This document shows positions 38,811 through 52,467 of a DNA stretch of 64,000 nt, piece after piece (positions within the stretch are counted from its first letter, which is position 1; each line of letters opens with the position of its first letter). Source of the DNA: Acanthaster planci. Taxonomy: Eukaryota. A program made the translations under genes and the position numbers. The notes under the pieces were generated by a model. That model was not told the DNA's origin, did no database searches, and saw only the letters and a program-made list of their open reading frames with translations. The DNA lies in contig NW_019091360.1 of assembly GCF_001949145.1 (NCBI RefSeq), positions 3,346,864 through 3,410,863 on the forward strand, in the 5' to 3' direction.

Positions 38811-40337
38811 CTGTACGGTGTTTGTCATATCTTTGAAGCTACATGTAACTGAACAGACTCAAAATATCCATAACTTTTAGAATTTTGACCGGTCCTCCAA
38901 GAACTTGACAAGGCATGTTACGGTTAGGCAGTCCAAACATTAAAAAGGCACTGCAAAACTTGCAGTGTTAATATGATGCTTATTCATCTTGGAGACCTGT
39001 ACGTTTTCCGGTTGGTACAAAGACTACAAATAGGTGGATAGAGGTGTTGTCAAAAACTTCAATCTATTCCTTTCAAGGGGTCATGCTATTTAGCATCAAA
39101 AAGCATCAACAAGGTATTCACGCATATTTATGCAAAGATTTTTCATTTACAATGTTAATTAGGCTCCTACATGTACATATCAAATTCACTGTGTCGTATC
39201 TATCTGAAATAATATTTGAGTGTTGAAATTTGAGTGACAAAGTCGGGCCTGTTTATGCAATCTGACTGGCTGTCATCTTGTTTTCACGTGGATGGCAGAG
39301 GAAAGAAAGATGGAGGCCCTCATAAATCGCAAAAATTTTTCAATTTCCTGTGAGAATCTGGAAACAAATTCTGTGTTTCTCTTACACAGTGGCAAGGGTT
39401 AGAGTCTCTAAATTATGATAAAATGACTTTAAAATCTGTAGACGGTGTTTTCAAGTTGTTGACGCTTTGTTGACGCTACTTGTGTGTTTATTTTTATATT
39501 ACAGGTTTTGCCCTTACCCAACGTATGCTCAGTGCTTGTCCGAGAGCTTGGGAAAGAAAAAGGACACTCTACTGTGTGCCTTGAATATACAACAGGTGAC
39601 CTCATAATCTCCTCAATTTTTTTTTAAATTCATATCACTGCAGAAAATTCAAAATAACTCGATTAAAAACTCGTACATTGTTCGTAGTACGTGTAGGCCT
39701 ACACCCATGTCATACCGTAACACTGTACTGTAGGCCTATGTACATAGGCTCATAATTAAGATCCTTTGTCCTATAAAGAGTATTTGCTGGGCCGTGTTTA
39801 CGGGCGAAATGCGTAACATAATACGTGCGAGAAAATTTAAACGGCAGTCTAGTAACATACATGTACATCGTGGACCAGAACGCGCACTCCGATCCATTTG
39901 TAAATACCTCACAAAAGTCCCATTTTTGTCCAAGCCGTGATCCAAGCAAAACTGACTTCTTGGGTTGTTAAAAAAACTTTATCAAAGGTAAGACAAAGAT
40001 CAACACAAAAAGCTGAAAGTTTGGTTTAATTAGGCACTTACAGTTCAACTACTTCGCACAACTGATCGATCCTCGCGCAAGCTTCTGCACAACTCCCATG
40101 CACGAAACTCCAGCTGGCTATGCCATGTGGGTTTTGTTTATCCAAATTCAATCCCAGAATTCCTTGCGCACCCGAAACATCGAAATGGCTTATTGCTGAT
40201 GATGAGTGATTTTACGCAATGTTAGAGAGGCACTGTGGGAAGGAAAAGGGGGCAGTGTTTGCTCCTTTGTCCTGCCCATAGTGCCTTTCTACCATTGTGC
40301 AAAACAACTCACGCGCATCAGCAATAAGGCTTATTAA

Positions 40338-40548
40338 TGGGGCAGCGCAGACATGCAGGATTCTCACAAAAAGACAGGTACTGCGCCAGTGAAACAGCGA
40401 CCATGGCGATGTACACATATACAAGCCAGTCCGAGGATCGGTTACACAATCTTTTCTTCGATCAGTATGTGGGCACGCACTCATTGCAGTTATTTTCACC
40501 GGCACGGTGTGGTTGCTACCCATAATTTTGCGAAACTCCCAGACGTCC
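40338..40548. mobile_element. Palindromic MITE-like repeat, copy 2 (abuts gap)
   Basis: Shares cgccagtgaaa, gaccatgg, agccagtc.gaggatcg, caatcttttctt.gatcagtatgt, ttttcacc.gcac.gtgtggttg.taccca with copy 1. Confidence 0.55.
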
Positions 40549-41349
40549 NNNNNNNNNNNNNNNNNNNNNNNNNNNNNNNNNNNNNNNNNNNNNNNNNNNN
40601 NNNNNNNNNNNNNNNNNNNNNNNNNNNNNNNNNNNNNNNNNNNNNNNNNNNNNNNNNNNNNNNNNNNNNNNNNNNNNNNNNNNNNNNNNNNNNNNNNNNN
40701 NNNNNNNNNNNNNNNNNNNNNNNNNNNNNNNNNNNNNNNNNNNNNNNNNNNNNNNNNNNNNNNNNNNNNNNNNNNNNNNNNNNNNNNNNNNNNNNNNNNN
40801 NNNNNNNNNNNNNNNNNNNNNNNNNNNNNNNNNNNNNNNNNNNNNNNNNNNNNNNNNNNNNNNNNNNNNNNNNNNNNNNNNNNNNNNNNNNNNNNNNNNN
40901 NNNNNNNNNNNNNNNNNNNNNNNNNNNNNNNNNNNNNNNNNNNNNNNNNNNNNNNNNNNNNNNNNNNNNNNNNNNNNNNNNNNNNNNNNNNNNNNNNNNN
41001 NNNNNNNNNNNNNNNNNNNNNNNNNNNNNNNNNNNNNNNNNNNNNNNNNNNNNNNNNNNNNNNNNNNNNNNNNNNNNNNNNNNNNNNNNNNNNNNNNNNN
41101 NNNNNNNNNNNNNNNNNNNNNNNNNNNNNNNNNNNNNNNNNNNNNNNNNNNNNNNNNNNNNNNNNNNNNNNNNNNNNNNNNNNNNNNNNNNNNNNNNNNN
41201 NNNNNNNNNNNNNNNNNNNNNNNNNNNNNNNNNNNNNNNNNNNNNNNNNNNNNNNNNNNNNNNNNNNNNNNNNNNNNNNNNNNNNNNNNNNNNNNNNNNN
41301 NNNNNNNNNNNNNNNNNNNNNNNNNNNNNNNNNNNNNNNNNNNNNNNNN
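40549..41349. other. Assembly gap (N run)
   Basis: Continuous N. Confidence 1.
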
Positions 41350-43050
41350 GAAACGAAAATTTTCCTCATGCATGTCATAGAAAATGTTTTTCACTTTCAG
41401 TTGATCGTGCCAATTGAGGGCGCTCATTAAAATAAACATGTAACTTGTTTTTACTCCCCAGCCCCTCTTTCGATGCGTTCTGCGCTATCGTAAACGGACG
41501 ATAACCTCTCTTTTTATCTTTGTTGACTTTAACAATAGTAATTCCTGATAGTAAACAATAAATCTTACAACAAAAAAGATTGAAACTACATAATTTGGGT
41601 GATATGTTCTGGGGTCGAGTGTGTGATCGGTATGTTTTCGCATCACAGTTTGGTGTAGGCCGACGGACTCAATCCATCCACCTGTCCACAGCACTACCAT
41701 AATCATATCCACGACTGAAAATTAGTGAATCGAAACAGCGCCCTCTCGTTCACCGGCAGAATCACAACTAAATCCTTTCAAAGGGCGGGGCGTACTATAT
41801 TCTGAACCACAAAGGGGCAGGGGCCTTGTAGAAGACTTTCACTAAACCCCAATTAGTGTCATCTTCAAATATATTTATTTTGGCAGTCGAACAAAATTTA
41901 GACACACTCCCAACATCCGCCCCCAAAATGGCATGTGAATGTAGGTCTGAATTAGATCTCAATCCGCTCCAAATGGAACAAAAGGGGGCGTGTTTTTTGG
42001 TACTTATAGGTGCGCAATGAGGCATAGAAGTACATGCGCATTTGATGCAGAGCACACTGAGTACACGTAACTAATTTAATCCAGCATGTATGGTCTTTGC
42101 GTACACACAGAACGCATGCATGAACCCGCTTGTAACCACCTATCTTTCTTTCGCCAAGTGGGGGCGCATTTCAGCTCAAGGCGGATATACTTTCCAGTAT
42201 GAAACTACAGCACAAACCTGCACGTTCAGTTCACTTCCAAATTTTACACTTAAAACAAAATGCAAACTTTAGTAAAAAAAAAGAATCAATAAGAAACACC
42301 ACAAGTAAAATTATGTACAAGGCAAATGTCCTTTAATATTCCTCAATAAAAACGACTACTTTCTGAGAAAACTGAACTCTGAAGCTGCTCCATCTCAACC
42401 AAAAAAACAAAAAACAACCCTGCATGGACATTTTATCGACCACCAATGGACCTCAGTACACCGTTCTTTCTTCATTTGGCCCAGACCTTTGGGGAAAAGG
42501 GTTCCTACTCAAACATTACGGAGGTATAATGCATTGCCCAATCCAAACAGCACATTTGATTGTAAGACTAAAGGTCTTTGAAAACCTCAGATTTCAAGTT
42601 CTCTTCTTAAATTTCCGCTGGATTTCCATTCAAAACATTTCCAAAGTGGTCAAACAATATAACAATGCCTGTCCTGATATTTTGACAACAGTTCAACTCC
42701 TTTAATAAAACAAACACTGCACTAAAAATATACACCTGTGGTAATACAGTGTAATAATACTTTTTATGGCACAATCTTAAAATGTACAAATATATGTCAT
42801 ACAACATAAAAATGTTCATGTTATATTACAAAGTGGTTCAATTGAAAATTACACACCTCATACAAACAATAGAGCAGAAAAGGAAGCATAATTTGATATT
42901 CCTAGGTGAATCTGGAAAAAAAAGAGAGTCAATCTTGCCACTTTCATAGATAAGAGAATTTCTAGAAAGGGACGATAAGAACATTTTATAAGATGTCAAA
43001 TGTCATATAATAGCTAAGCATGGAATTAAAAGAACAAGTCCCGTGTTAAC

Positions 43051-43299
43051 CACGGACGTGTATAATACAATCTGGACTCGCACTGCCCTTAATCAGCTTA
43101 TCGAGTCATTGAATCCACTCGCGGCCATTTTACCGAGCCGAATACAAAGCTTTCCTGGCAATGCCCACCTTTGTTCTTCCTGACGTCAATAGAAGGGAGC
43201 CAACCCACGCTTTTGTATTCGGCTCGGTAAAATAGCCGCTGGTTGGCTTCTTTTTCATACAAAGGCGTTGCAAGTCAAGGTTTTTTATATACGTCCGTG
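43051..43299. mobile_element. Foldback MITE with 8-bp TSD (P-element or hAT superfamily)
   Basis: CACGGACGTGTATAA ... TTATATACGTCCGTG termini, perfect 8-bp TSD GTGTTAAC (43043-43050 and 43300-43307), internal inverted pair of about 29 bp. Confidence 0.85.
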
Positions 43300-44998
43300 G
43301 TGTTAACAGGTAAGACTATAAATTGATTGCTGAAATGCAAACGGGCAAAACATTTCACAGCAGATCAGAAATGCCCAATCCGAGAAACAACCAAATTTGA
43401 AATGTTAATTTTGACCCGGTGTTTCTTTCACACAACAAATTATTGAAAACAAAGGAATAAAAGGGCTCAAATAAAGAACTCCTCTTTGCTGTAAAATACC
43501 ATTATTAACAGTTTCAGCCGTGTCTTCCTGTGATGCCGTAACAAGCGCTATGGTATGCCGCCAGTTCTTGAGTCCTAACTGGTTCAATCTGAGATACTTC
43601 CGAGTCTTGTTTTTTGGCAACTGTTGCTCATTTGTATTTCAAAGCATTGCTGCAGGCTTTGAACTTCTCGTAATATACATGTACATCTGTCTTATTATAC
43701 CCTGTTGTTACAATTTGTACATCAGTTCATGTTAGATCATGAAACCAAAGCTATTCACAGAAAAACAGCAAAATTTACAAAACTGTACATGATAATGCTA
43801 AAAAAAAGCTAAAATTACTCGTTTTTTATCAACCAACTCGAGGGATCACATGAGCATCAACTTCCTGTTCAGGTCTGCTTGACTGCATTCATGTATTAAA
43901 TAACGCAGACGTACCCTTAAGAGATATCCAAATTTCTCAAGAGTAGCCAAGTGTCACATTACAAGAGTAATGATGTTGATTAACACTGGCACTTGGGACA
44001 GGCTTGCTTCACAGTATATGAAGGTGGTATCTTGTCGACTGTCACAAGTCTGTGACAGTTGGTGGGCCATGACAGAGGTGTGCCTCTGTCACTGTTCATA
44101 TCAATATCTTGTGACTTATGATGTGACTGGCTTGTGATATATCACAAGTCTCCATACTTCCTTAGGTTTCTTTTTCTTCTTTGTGTGACATATTGACTGG
44201 ATCATGAGAGACCTTCACAGCGACCTTAACTGAGGTAACAGCTTCCAAGTTAACTGATCCAAGAAAAAAATAAAACCTCTGCACGAATGTGAATATAACA
44301 CTGTGGGCTGTACTGGAATCTACCTGTTTTGTTCTCGCACGGCGTTCATTTTAACAGAGATTGAGTCACTGGTCTGTCGACTGCCGAGACTGGGCCTGTA
44401 TCACCTAGCACAGGTGCGCCATCCCATTGTGTTGCCGTATGAAGTCTGAATGGTATGATGATGAATTTCAAGTTGTTGCCCAGCCAACATCGGTGAGGAG
44501 TAACCATGAGGAGTAACCACTTGGGAGTGCCCTGCTCTGCCGAGTGGCTCAGTGATATGTGGCACGAGGCCGTAAGCCTGAAATGTATCGTTCGCCGACA
44601 CTGGTCAACAGCCTTTGCTTGCCTGTCGATGCTGCAAATGCAGAAATCCAAATTCTCTAATGCTGATCACTCCATAACTTCCGCAGGCGATTTCCAGCAG
44701 TCCACTTCCACTTTTATTTGCCAATGACTTTCTTTCATGAATAACATTTACTTCAGAGACATGACATCGCTGGTCGTTCCCATCTGATTGTTTGCTGTTG
44801 CTTACCCAAGTAAACTTTTCCAAAGCATGCACCTCATGTACAAATTGTTCTGAACGACCAGATGCCTGGAAAGTTTTGGATGTTACCATCGCTGAGTAAA
44901 TCCCTGTCACTCCCTGATGGTGTCTGGCTATCTAAGGAATTCTTTCACAGTCAATGCTGATGCTTAGTGGCAGATAGTCTCGGCGAGTCCCGCAGACT

Positions 44999-45163
44999 TC
45001 AGATGATAGCCTTTTCCCAGTTGTAGTCCAGTTTGGACCTCATGTTAGAGTTACATGACTCGGCTACTTTCATGAGCGTCTTTTTCACTCGCAGGGAGCT
45101 GTGCCTCGCTGAGGCCGTATGGTACCAACACTCCTTCATGAGTTTGGAGAGGGCGACTAACGT
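44999..45163 (-). CDS. ACVR1: ALK1/2-type type I receptor, last exon
   Basis: acacag|[30 protein letters not shown]...KAII-stop, kinase subdomain XI. Confidence 0.9.
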   Translation of the reverse strand, partial: TLVALSKLMKECWYHTASARHSSLRVKKTLMKVAESCNSNMRSKLDYNWEKAII

Positions 45164-46546
45164 CTGTGTTGCAAGGGAAAAAGAGAGAGAGGGAAAAGAA
45201 AGTGTTAATCTTACCGCTCTATTCTTCCATTTCCACCAACTTTGTCAGCTGCCTGGAAAAATTTTCTTTACAATTAAAACAAATTTAGAAAAATGTCTAC
45301 AACAGCAAGGCTTATCTTCCCCATACACTTTTTTGGGGTGGGGGGAAAACATTTTTACACTGATAGCCACAGCGGAATTTCAGTCAATGACAGCTTTTTC
45401 ATGGTTGCTACTGGTATTTTGCCCCTAAAATATTGATGAAATAACTGGCACATTTTTGTGTTTCATGAAAATGACTGTCAAATTTCTTCATTATTTTCAT
45501 CTGCAAGTGGGGCGTAGAGTTTTCATGCAAGTAAACCAACTTCAGGCAGGATTACTGTTGCTTGAAAGTCAATCAAAGTGGGTTTGCCTGAAAGATCATG
45601 ATGAAATACATCCTGAGGTGGGGTAGGCATCTATTTGTGTTTCATAAGAAGTGATGTCATCCAACTGGGTGTGATATCAACCCACTAGAGAAATATTCAC
45701 TTATTCAATCCAGACAATCCATACAGGAAGATGCAACAATATTTAGCAAGACGCCAAACTTGAATCATCACAATAAATCTTATTCCCACGAGAGGTCTCC
45801 TCCAACTCACTCCCCGGTCAGGGGGGGGGGATCTGTCTAATTTCAGATCCCGCAGCCTGAGGGTTCAGGAGAGGAACTTGGAGCTGCGAAGTACATGTAC
45901 TGTCTCGTTTGACTGAGCCTGAGCTTGTTTGCCGAGACTCTGGAGAAACCTTGCATGGGACGTTATGCACGCAAGGGGGGCCCCTTGGCCACTCTCCAAG
46001 GAAAAAATTTGTTGAACATGATTTACAGTAGCACGTCAACGTGCCTGCATTTTGTCACAGTCCGTAATTTGGGGATGTGGAATGAGAACTTGAGACCAGT
46101 TTTATGTGTTCAGGAAGTGTTCTTGATTTGAGTCAATTGCATCTCGCCCTACTGAGTTCATGGGGTCATTTCCGTGCTACTCCAACAGAAATCCATGTAA
46201 CCATGGCCTGGGTTGCAAAATTTGACACTCATGAGAGTAATACTTACCGCAGGTTCAACTAAATCTAGGTATTTGCTGAAATTTTATGGACAAGAGTACT
46301 GTATACCATCCAAAAAGACGTGACAAAAATTACGGCAAAGTACCCTCAGAATTGCGCAGCATTAGTCTAGGTACAATAGTCCTCTGATGTTTCTCCTTCA
46401 ATATATCAGAACAGATTCCATGTTCTTAGAAAGAGGAGCACCTTTTTTCGTTTGGTGATGACACTTCTGCTGATCTAACAGCGCCCTCAACTATCCCCGT
46501 GCAGAGCTCATTCTACTGACCGATCAAGAACCACAGAGTGGCTTAC

Positions 46547-46677
46547 CTGGTCATTTGACCATCGGTTTGGTATCGTCGGCCGAAGCATATCGGTACACAC
46601 GACTTTCTTCATGTCCTCGAACCCTGGATCACTGGGGACATACTCAAAGAAAGGGGGCCGGTAATCTTCCACCATAC
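46547..46677 (-). CDS. ACVR1: ALK1/2-type type I receptor, kinase exon
   Basis: tgtag|(G)[43 protein letters not shown]|gtaagc. Confidence 0.92.
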
Positions 46678-47187
46678 CTACACCAAAAAAGAGGATGGTA
46701 TTTAAAAATTACAAGTCAATTACAAACTGTGTACCCTCATTCAGTGAAAGATTAACATCAAGTCTGTTGGTAGCACTCATGGTAATCTTTTAAAATAAAG
46801 TTCCCTGACGGAGGTCAGAATATCACCTGCTGAAATGAATTACTGGTTTGATCTTTAGCCAAGGTCAGGGATGAAATTGAGGGAGAGAAGAAATCCACAA
46901 CCCACCCAGCAAAAGGGTTGTAACAATAACAACAAGGTACATGTACTAACTTTTGGGGCTTCCAATACCAAACAAGGCAAAATTTTTCTTCGGGGGGGGG
47001 GGGATTTGGTTTTGTTTTTAGTACCAAGTGCAAAAGTAGCTGAACTGTCTATATCATAAATAATGCAACGACGATACCTCTGACAATTTGGAATTTTCAG
47101 GTTGAAAATCCTGAAATCTAAAAAAGATTCTGAAATCACATCCCTGCGAGGTACTTTTCAGAAGGAAAAAATAGTTTGACTTCCTAC

Positions 47188-47808
47188 CTCCAACTTGGCA
47201 CCTCCTGGCAATTTCCCACAGCACCAGGCCAAAGGCGTAGACGTCGACCCTCTTGAAGGATTCAAATTCGGCAACGTTCATTGTCTCCTCCAATAGCTCG
47301 GGCGCCATGTAACGTTTGGTACCCACCCGCGTGTTGACTCCCAGGTTGATCTGGTCTGTCTTGCGTGTGTGCAAGACCGCGAGTCCCAGATCAGCAATGC
47401 AGCACGTGTGGTTCTCCTTCACGAGAATGTTCTTGCTCTTGATGTCGCGGTGCGCGATAGCCAGTTTGCTGTTGTTGCAGCAGATCTCCGTGTGCAGGTG
47501 CACAAGGCCCGAGGCAGCCGACAAGGCCAACCGGATCGCCATCTTGGGGTCTAAAATGTTCCGGTTCAGGTAATCGTAGAGTGAGCCAAACTCGTGGTAG
47601 TGCGTGATGAGCCACAGCTGCGTGCAGGAGTTGCGCGAGGTCATGTCGGATGCGATGAAGCCCAGGATGTTGTCGTGACGCAGCATGACCGTGTTGTAGA
47701 TCTCCGTCTCGCGAAACCACGACTTCTCATCGATGGAGTTGAAGATTTTCACCGCAACATTTTCACCTTGCCAATTGCCTCGCCACACTTCACCAAAGCG
47801 ACCCTTAC
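47188..47808 (-). CDS. ACVR1: ALK1/2-type type I receptor, main kinase exon
   Basis: [18 protein letters not shown]45 loop [13 protein letters not shown] (ALK1/2/Sax signature), [20 protein letters not shown]. Canonical AG/GT ends. Confidence 0.96.
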
Positions 47809-48630
47809 CTGGAAGAAAAAAAAATTTATTTGATGAAAACGAGAACACTCTCGATTTAAACCTGCAAGAATTAACAGAAAAGAGGACGGAACTAATTATC
47901 ATTTCAACCACATTTCTTTGAGAATTAAAATCAAACTCTCAATTGACAATCTGCCAAACTGCTTATTGCCCCTGATGGCCTTTCCAGGTGGCCTTACAGC
48001 AAATTACCTCCAATGGATTTGGCAGCCAGCCAAACTGGTAATTGACTCTGAACTTGTTTGGCATGTCCAAAAAATGATACACTTTCATTCAAATTTGCTG
48101 AAGGTGATGCCTAATCAAAGAGGGAAATAAATTCCTTCAACCTGACACACCTGTAAATGAACGCAAATCTGAAGGAAGAGATGCGCAACTGTGACAAAAC
48201 TTGCTCAGTGTTATTCATGATTTGAAGTCTTGTCCTTATTATGAGGAGTTGGCCTCCATGAGGTCTTGGTTTATTTTCCAAGGAGGTCCCAGGTCTGGGT
48301 GGGGAACAATATACATGCCGGCCCAGGTCTGGCAGGAACTCTGCAACCTACTTCACGTGTTGGGCCACGAAAGATTGCAAACATGTTCCAAAACACCAAG
48401 AAAGGAGGAAAGCATGTCCATCTGTGTTCCTGCATATGCAACGCCTAGAAACCAGCTGCGTAATTCGGAAAAGACTTCTTGGTCACATAACAAAAACGCA
48501 AAACAAAACCAAAGGGGGCAAACCGCAGACCTGGTTCAAGATTCAATGGTGCGCAGAGTGGGGCGTACATGCAACTCAGTCAGTACGCTGCCTATGCACC
48601 AGACTACTGGCTGTTGGCCAGACTACTCAC

Positions 48631-48730
48631 CAACTTGCTCCACCAATGTAATCTGTCTAGCCACAGTCCTCTGGACCAGATAAGGGAGTCCGGAACCGCT
48701 GCCAGAAGTGTTTGAATGATCAAAAAGGTC
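48631..48730 (-). CDS. ACVR1: ALK1/2-type type I receptor, GS-domain exon
   Basis: [33 protein letters not shown], gcag| and G|gtgagt. Confidence 0.95.
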
Positions 48731-51257
48731 CTGCAAGACATGAACAAAAAGCCAAACTAGTAAATTAAGACTTCCTTTGTCAATTTGCCAAGATTCAGAG
48801 CTGTCTGGCCAACACTGTACGTGCACTTCAATGAACCTACATCAACTGAGCTATTGAGTGATGGGGGGTCGGTTCAAGCAATCACCGTCCATCGACTCCT
48901 GGTCAATTCTGCCTGGTACTCAGGATATCTTTTGCATACAGGTTGCCAGTAACAACTGACCAGCAGTTCCCAAACTGGTTATTGCTGAAACTTTCCCATG
49001 GTTGGCCGTGTCTTAAATTATCGCTCACTGTGTCTGTTCAGGTCATTAGGCATACGCCACAGAAATCAAGATCCTTGGCTGGATGGAGTTCAATTTGACA
49101 ATTACAATGCCAACCCTGGGAATGTAACAGTCCAACTGGACTGTTTTTGTGTGCATATGTCGCAGTAAATGTTTGAAGGACACTGACACAAGGTTGAACT
49201 TATTCACACAAAGTGACTCACATGTACGGGAACAAGAATACAACAACTCTCTGTTTTTTTGGTTTTTTTTCCGGTGACTTGCGCGTAAGATTCTACTGAA
49301 ATTCTTGAGCAAAATGAAGGGGAGTGCCAAGAGACCAAGAGGTTGCGGCGCGGGTGCCCCGCTCTCCGGCGAGGATGATATGGGAAATCTGCGGGCAGGC
49401 GAAGGGGCACCGGCCTGGCGCGGTCTTCGCGCGGAGGGCCGGGTCGCCACGAAAATTGGGGAGGTGTAGGTAAATGCAATGAAAAACCCACCCGGACCAA
49501 ACTACACGTAAACCAGCTCAATGTATTCAACAAAATACAGATCACTCCAAACTCCACAATAAGAGAGTTTGGCAAGAAAAATCAAGACTGCCTTGTTGGA
49601 CAGGGATGAGTGTTCCTTCTGTTAGGATTGTGATATGTATGTCTCATCAATCGTCACTCCCTCCAAACAATAAAGAGCAGTCTACAATGACTAAACAGAA
49701 ACCAGACTGAGCTTGCATGTCGTAAGCAGGCTAGCGGAACATTGAATACGGATGTGCCCTCCTCCAAGCTTCATTAAAACTCCTGACCGCGATCTGGGGG
49801 AATGGCTGGGAGTGACAAGAAAAGGGGGTGACACAAAAAGCAGGGTGGGAGGCCGGCTCGGTTCCAGTGATACGGCAACCGGTTTAGGACAGGTGATGTC
49901 ACCAACAGTGCCTCAGGTCAGTGACCAGACCTGGCAGAGAAATGCGGGAGGGGAGGGAGTAGACAAATTGGGTCAGAAGGACTTAGATGTGGGACACCAA
50001 AAGCTGACATTGTTTACCGCCAACGTTTACCATCTGCATTGTCTGCCGCTGCCTGTTTTCAACATTACGCTAGTTACAGAGCGTGTTGTATGTGAGGGAA
50101 ATTTAAGTTCTGGGCCTGAGCTGACAGGAAATTGGAGACTAGGTGAAGGATCAATATATTTACAGCAGAGCCAAATTTAAATTTCACGGAACATTTAAAC
50201 AGCATAGCTGCACCATCCGGCTGTTGATAGTTCAATAATTCGTGTCACCTCAACCAAGAAGGGGTCTTGTTGATAAATTTAATGCATCATAACAGAAAAA
50301 CGTTTTTCCCTTTACATAACTGTTACTTGTAGAAAACAAGGCTGTGTTGATGTGAAAAAACAACACTGTTTCAAACATTCAACATAGACACTATTTATTC
50401 CAATCAAGCCAGCAAACAATGAACAAACCATGTTTTGATTTTTTTTTCTGAAGCACTAGAAATCTTCCACGTCTGTGGCAATGACGCATTCCTTGATGCA
50501 TCAGCATATCTGCAGATGTCTGTTTCTGACAACTGATCAAAGGTCAACCCTTTCAGAAGTGGCTTAGGGTCAGAAATGTGCTAAGCACAAATGTGTAGCA
50601 CCCATCACAAGCAACAGATTGATACATCTTACAGACGCCAAGTTGAGATTGTTAATGTACTTTTGCTTCGGATATCAACTGTTTTCACTTTTTGTCAAGT
50701 GAACTCAGGGCCATTTTGAAAACTGTTCCATTAAATTTTTTTTTTGCAGATGCAAATTGGCATATTTATGAGCAAGAGTGTGATGCCATCTAAGGAAGAA
50801 TCTAAGGAAATATTTCAGCTTTCTGCCAGAATTGTTGACATTTTGCTTTTGTAAGTTTTGTTTACCTTGGTGATTGTTTCGGTTCATGACAGTCGGACAG
50901 TCAGCCAAGTTTTCTCACTAATAGTTTCGGTTAGCAATGTGGGATTCACAATTTGAACAGAAAACCCTCAGTGTAATGACATCACGGCAAAAGCGCCCTC
51001 GTCTCTGGATAATTTCATCTGTTTAAAAACATTTTAATGAATGTAACCCCCCCCCAAAAAAAACAGATGCCAGATAGTTTTCTGACATTTAAGAGAAGAA
51101 AGTTGTACAAAACTCGTTCCCGAGTGAAAGTGGTATCATGGACACTTTTCTATGACGGACATATCAAGGAATCTTTTTACACTACATACAGGTTATTGGG
51201 ACTTCAAAGCAGAAACTAAGCACACTGCCTCATGATTAAGCATCTCTTCCTACCAAC

Positions 51258-51475
51258 CTTGAGTGTACTGTCGCCGGCAGGCACAGCCCGCAGGTCATGA
51301 GGGGCGTGGTGGGCGTAGCCCTCATCACTGGAGTTGAGCTCTCGTAGTCGCTTCTTGTGCATCCAGCGATACATGAAGATGGCAAAGGAGATGCCAATGA
51401 CCAGGGCCAGGAAAGGGCCGAGGACGGCCATGACGAGGTAGGCGACGTTGTAGGGAAGGGACTCCCTAGGTTCTG
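51258..51475 (-). CDS. ACVR1: ALK1/2-type type I receptor, transmembrane exon
   Basis: VAYLVMAVLGPFLALVIGISFAIFMY followed by RWMHKKR and DLRAVPAGDSTLK. Tandem CAGCAG acceptor. Confidence 0.9.
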
Positions 51476-52084
51476 CTGCAAATTGGGCGCGAAGGGGAAA
51501 AACTCAAATCAGGGACAAACTTTCTGAGAGACCACAAAGTTGAAACGGAGAGAGCTTTCCACACAAGAAAATACACGCATGTTCGCTAATGTGTGATTCA
51601 CTGATCTACAAAATTATTTCTAGTCGCTGGGACAGAGGGATGTTTGTGTAGATGATGATAGGTTTGACTGGAAAAAAGGAATCCAATTTTTTTACAAACT
51701 CAAAGATATTGTATCCGTACCGTTTATTTCCAGCACTGCACTGAACATGTTACAATTCAAACTATGGAATGTTATCATTTTTTTGGCCCTGAAAAACCGC
51801 ACCAGTTCCTAACAAGTCCTGTCAGAAGTGGGAAGACTCGTGCTTTTGACTTCCCAAACTTCTGAAACACTCCCTCTTTGAAAAAAAAGCTTAGCCTCTG
51901 AAACTGTTGAAAATGCAGTCTTCATTTCAAAAACCCCTGAACATCACTTTCAAAGAGGTACTTGAAGACGAGAGGTTTAGGGTGGTTTAGAGGAAGAAAC
52001 CAAGACTGTGACGGTACGTGTTACTCTGTTTCTGTACTTCTCTGATTTGATCATGGGCAGCATGTTGGATTGTTTTTCACTCAC

Positions 52085-52226
52085 GTAATGGCGTCGTTGG
52101 TGGGACGGGAAAGGTAGGTAATATGTTCTGATTGCACATGTCTCCTTTACAGCAAATCATGACCAAACCTTCCCCGTATTCACTCTTGCAGTACATATGA
52201 CTGTGCTGTATTGTGATGAAGCAACC
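52085..52226 (-). CDS. ACVR1: ALK1/2-type type I receptor, extracellular exon (cysteine box)
   Basis: GCFITIQHSHMYC...CCKGDMCN, ccag| and C|gtgagt. Confidence 0.9.
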
Positions 52227-52467
52227 CTGGACGTAAAGACAAAGCAGGAAAAAACAAATCCTTGAACAATGTACACTTGTGCTTAGAATCTTTTTTTTGT
52301 CAATTTTGTTGGTATGTGGCAATTAATGGTTAAATAATTCTGGGCAGATTAAGACAGCTGTGCAAGAATTGGGCAAGCAAATCCAATCTTTCAGTACATG
52401 ACTGGTATTGAAATCAAAGTCCAATGAACCCTGTGGATTTTTCCGAGTAATCAGTGTATTACTGTAC

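Noticed and set aside
40212..41439. Long ORFs in the track (also 53809-54226)
   Set aside because: Artefacts of translating N runs.
49340..49450. GC-rich intronic patch as a BMP-responsive autoregulatory element
   Set aside because: No GGCGCC-N5-GTCT composite found; GC richness alone is insufficient.
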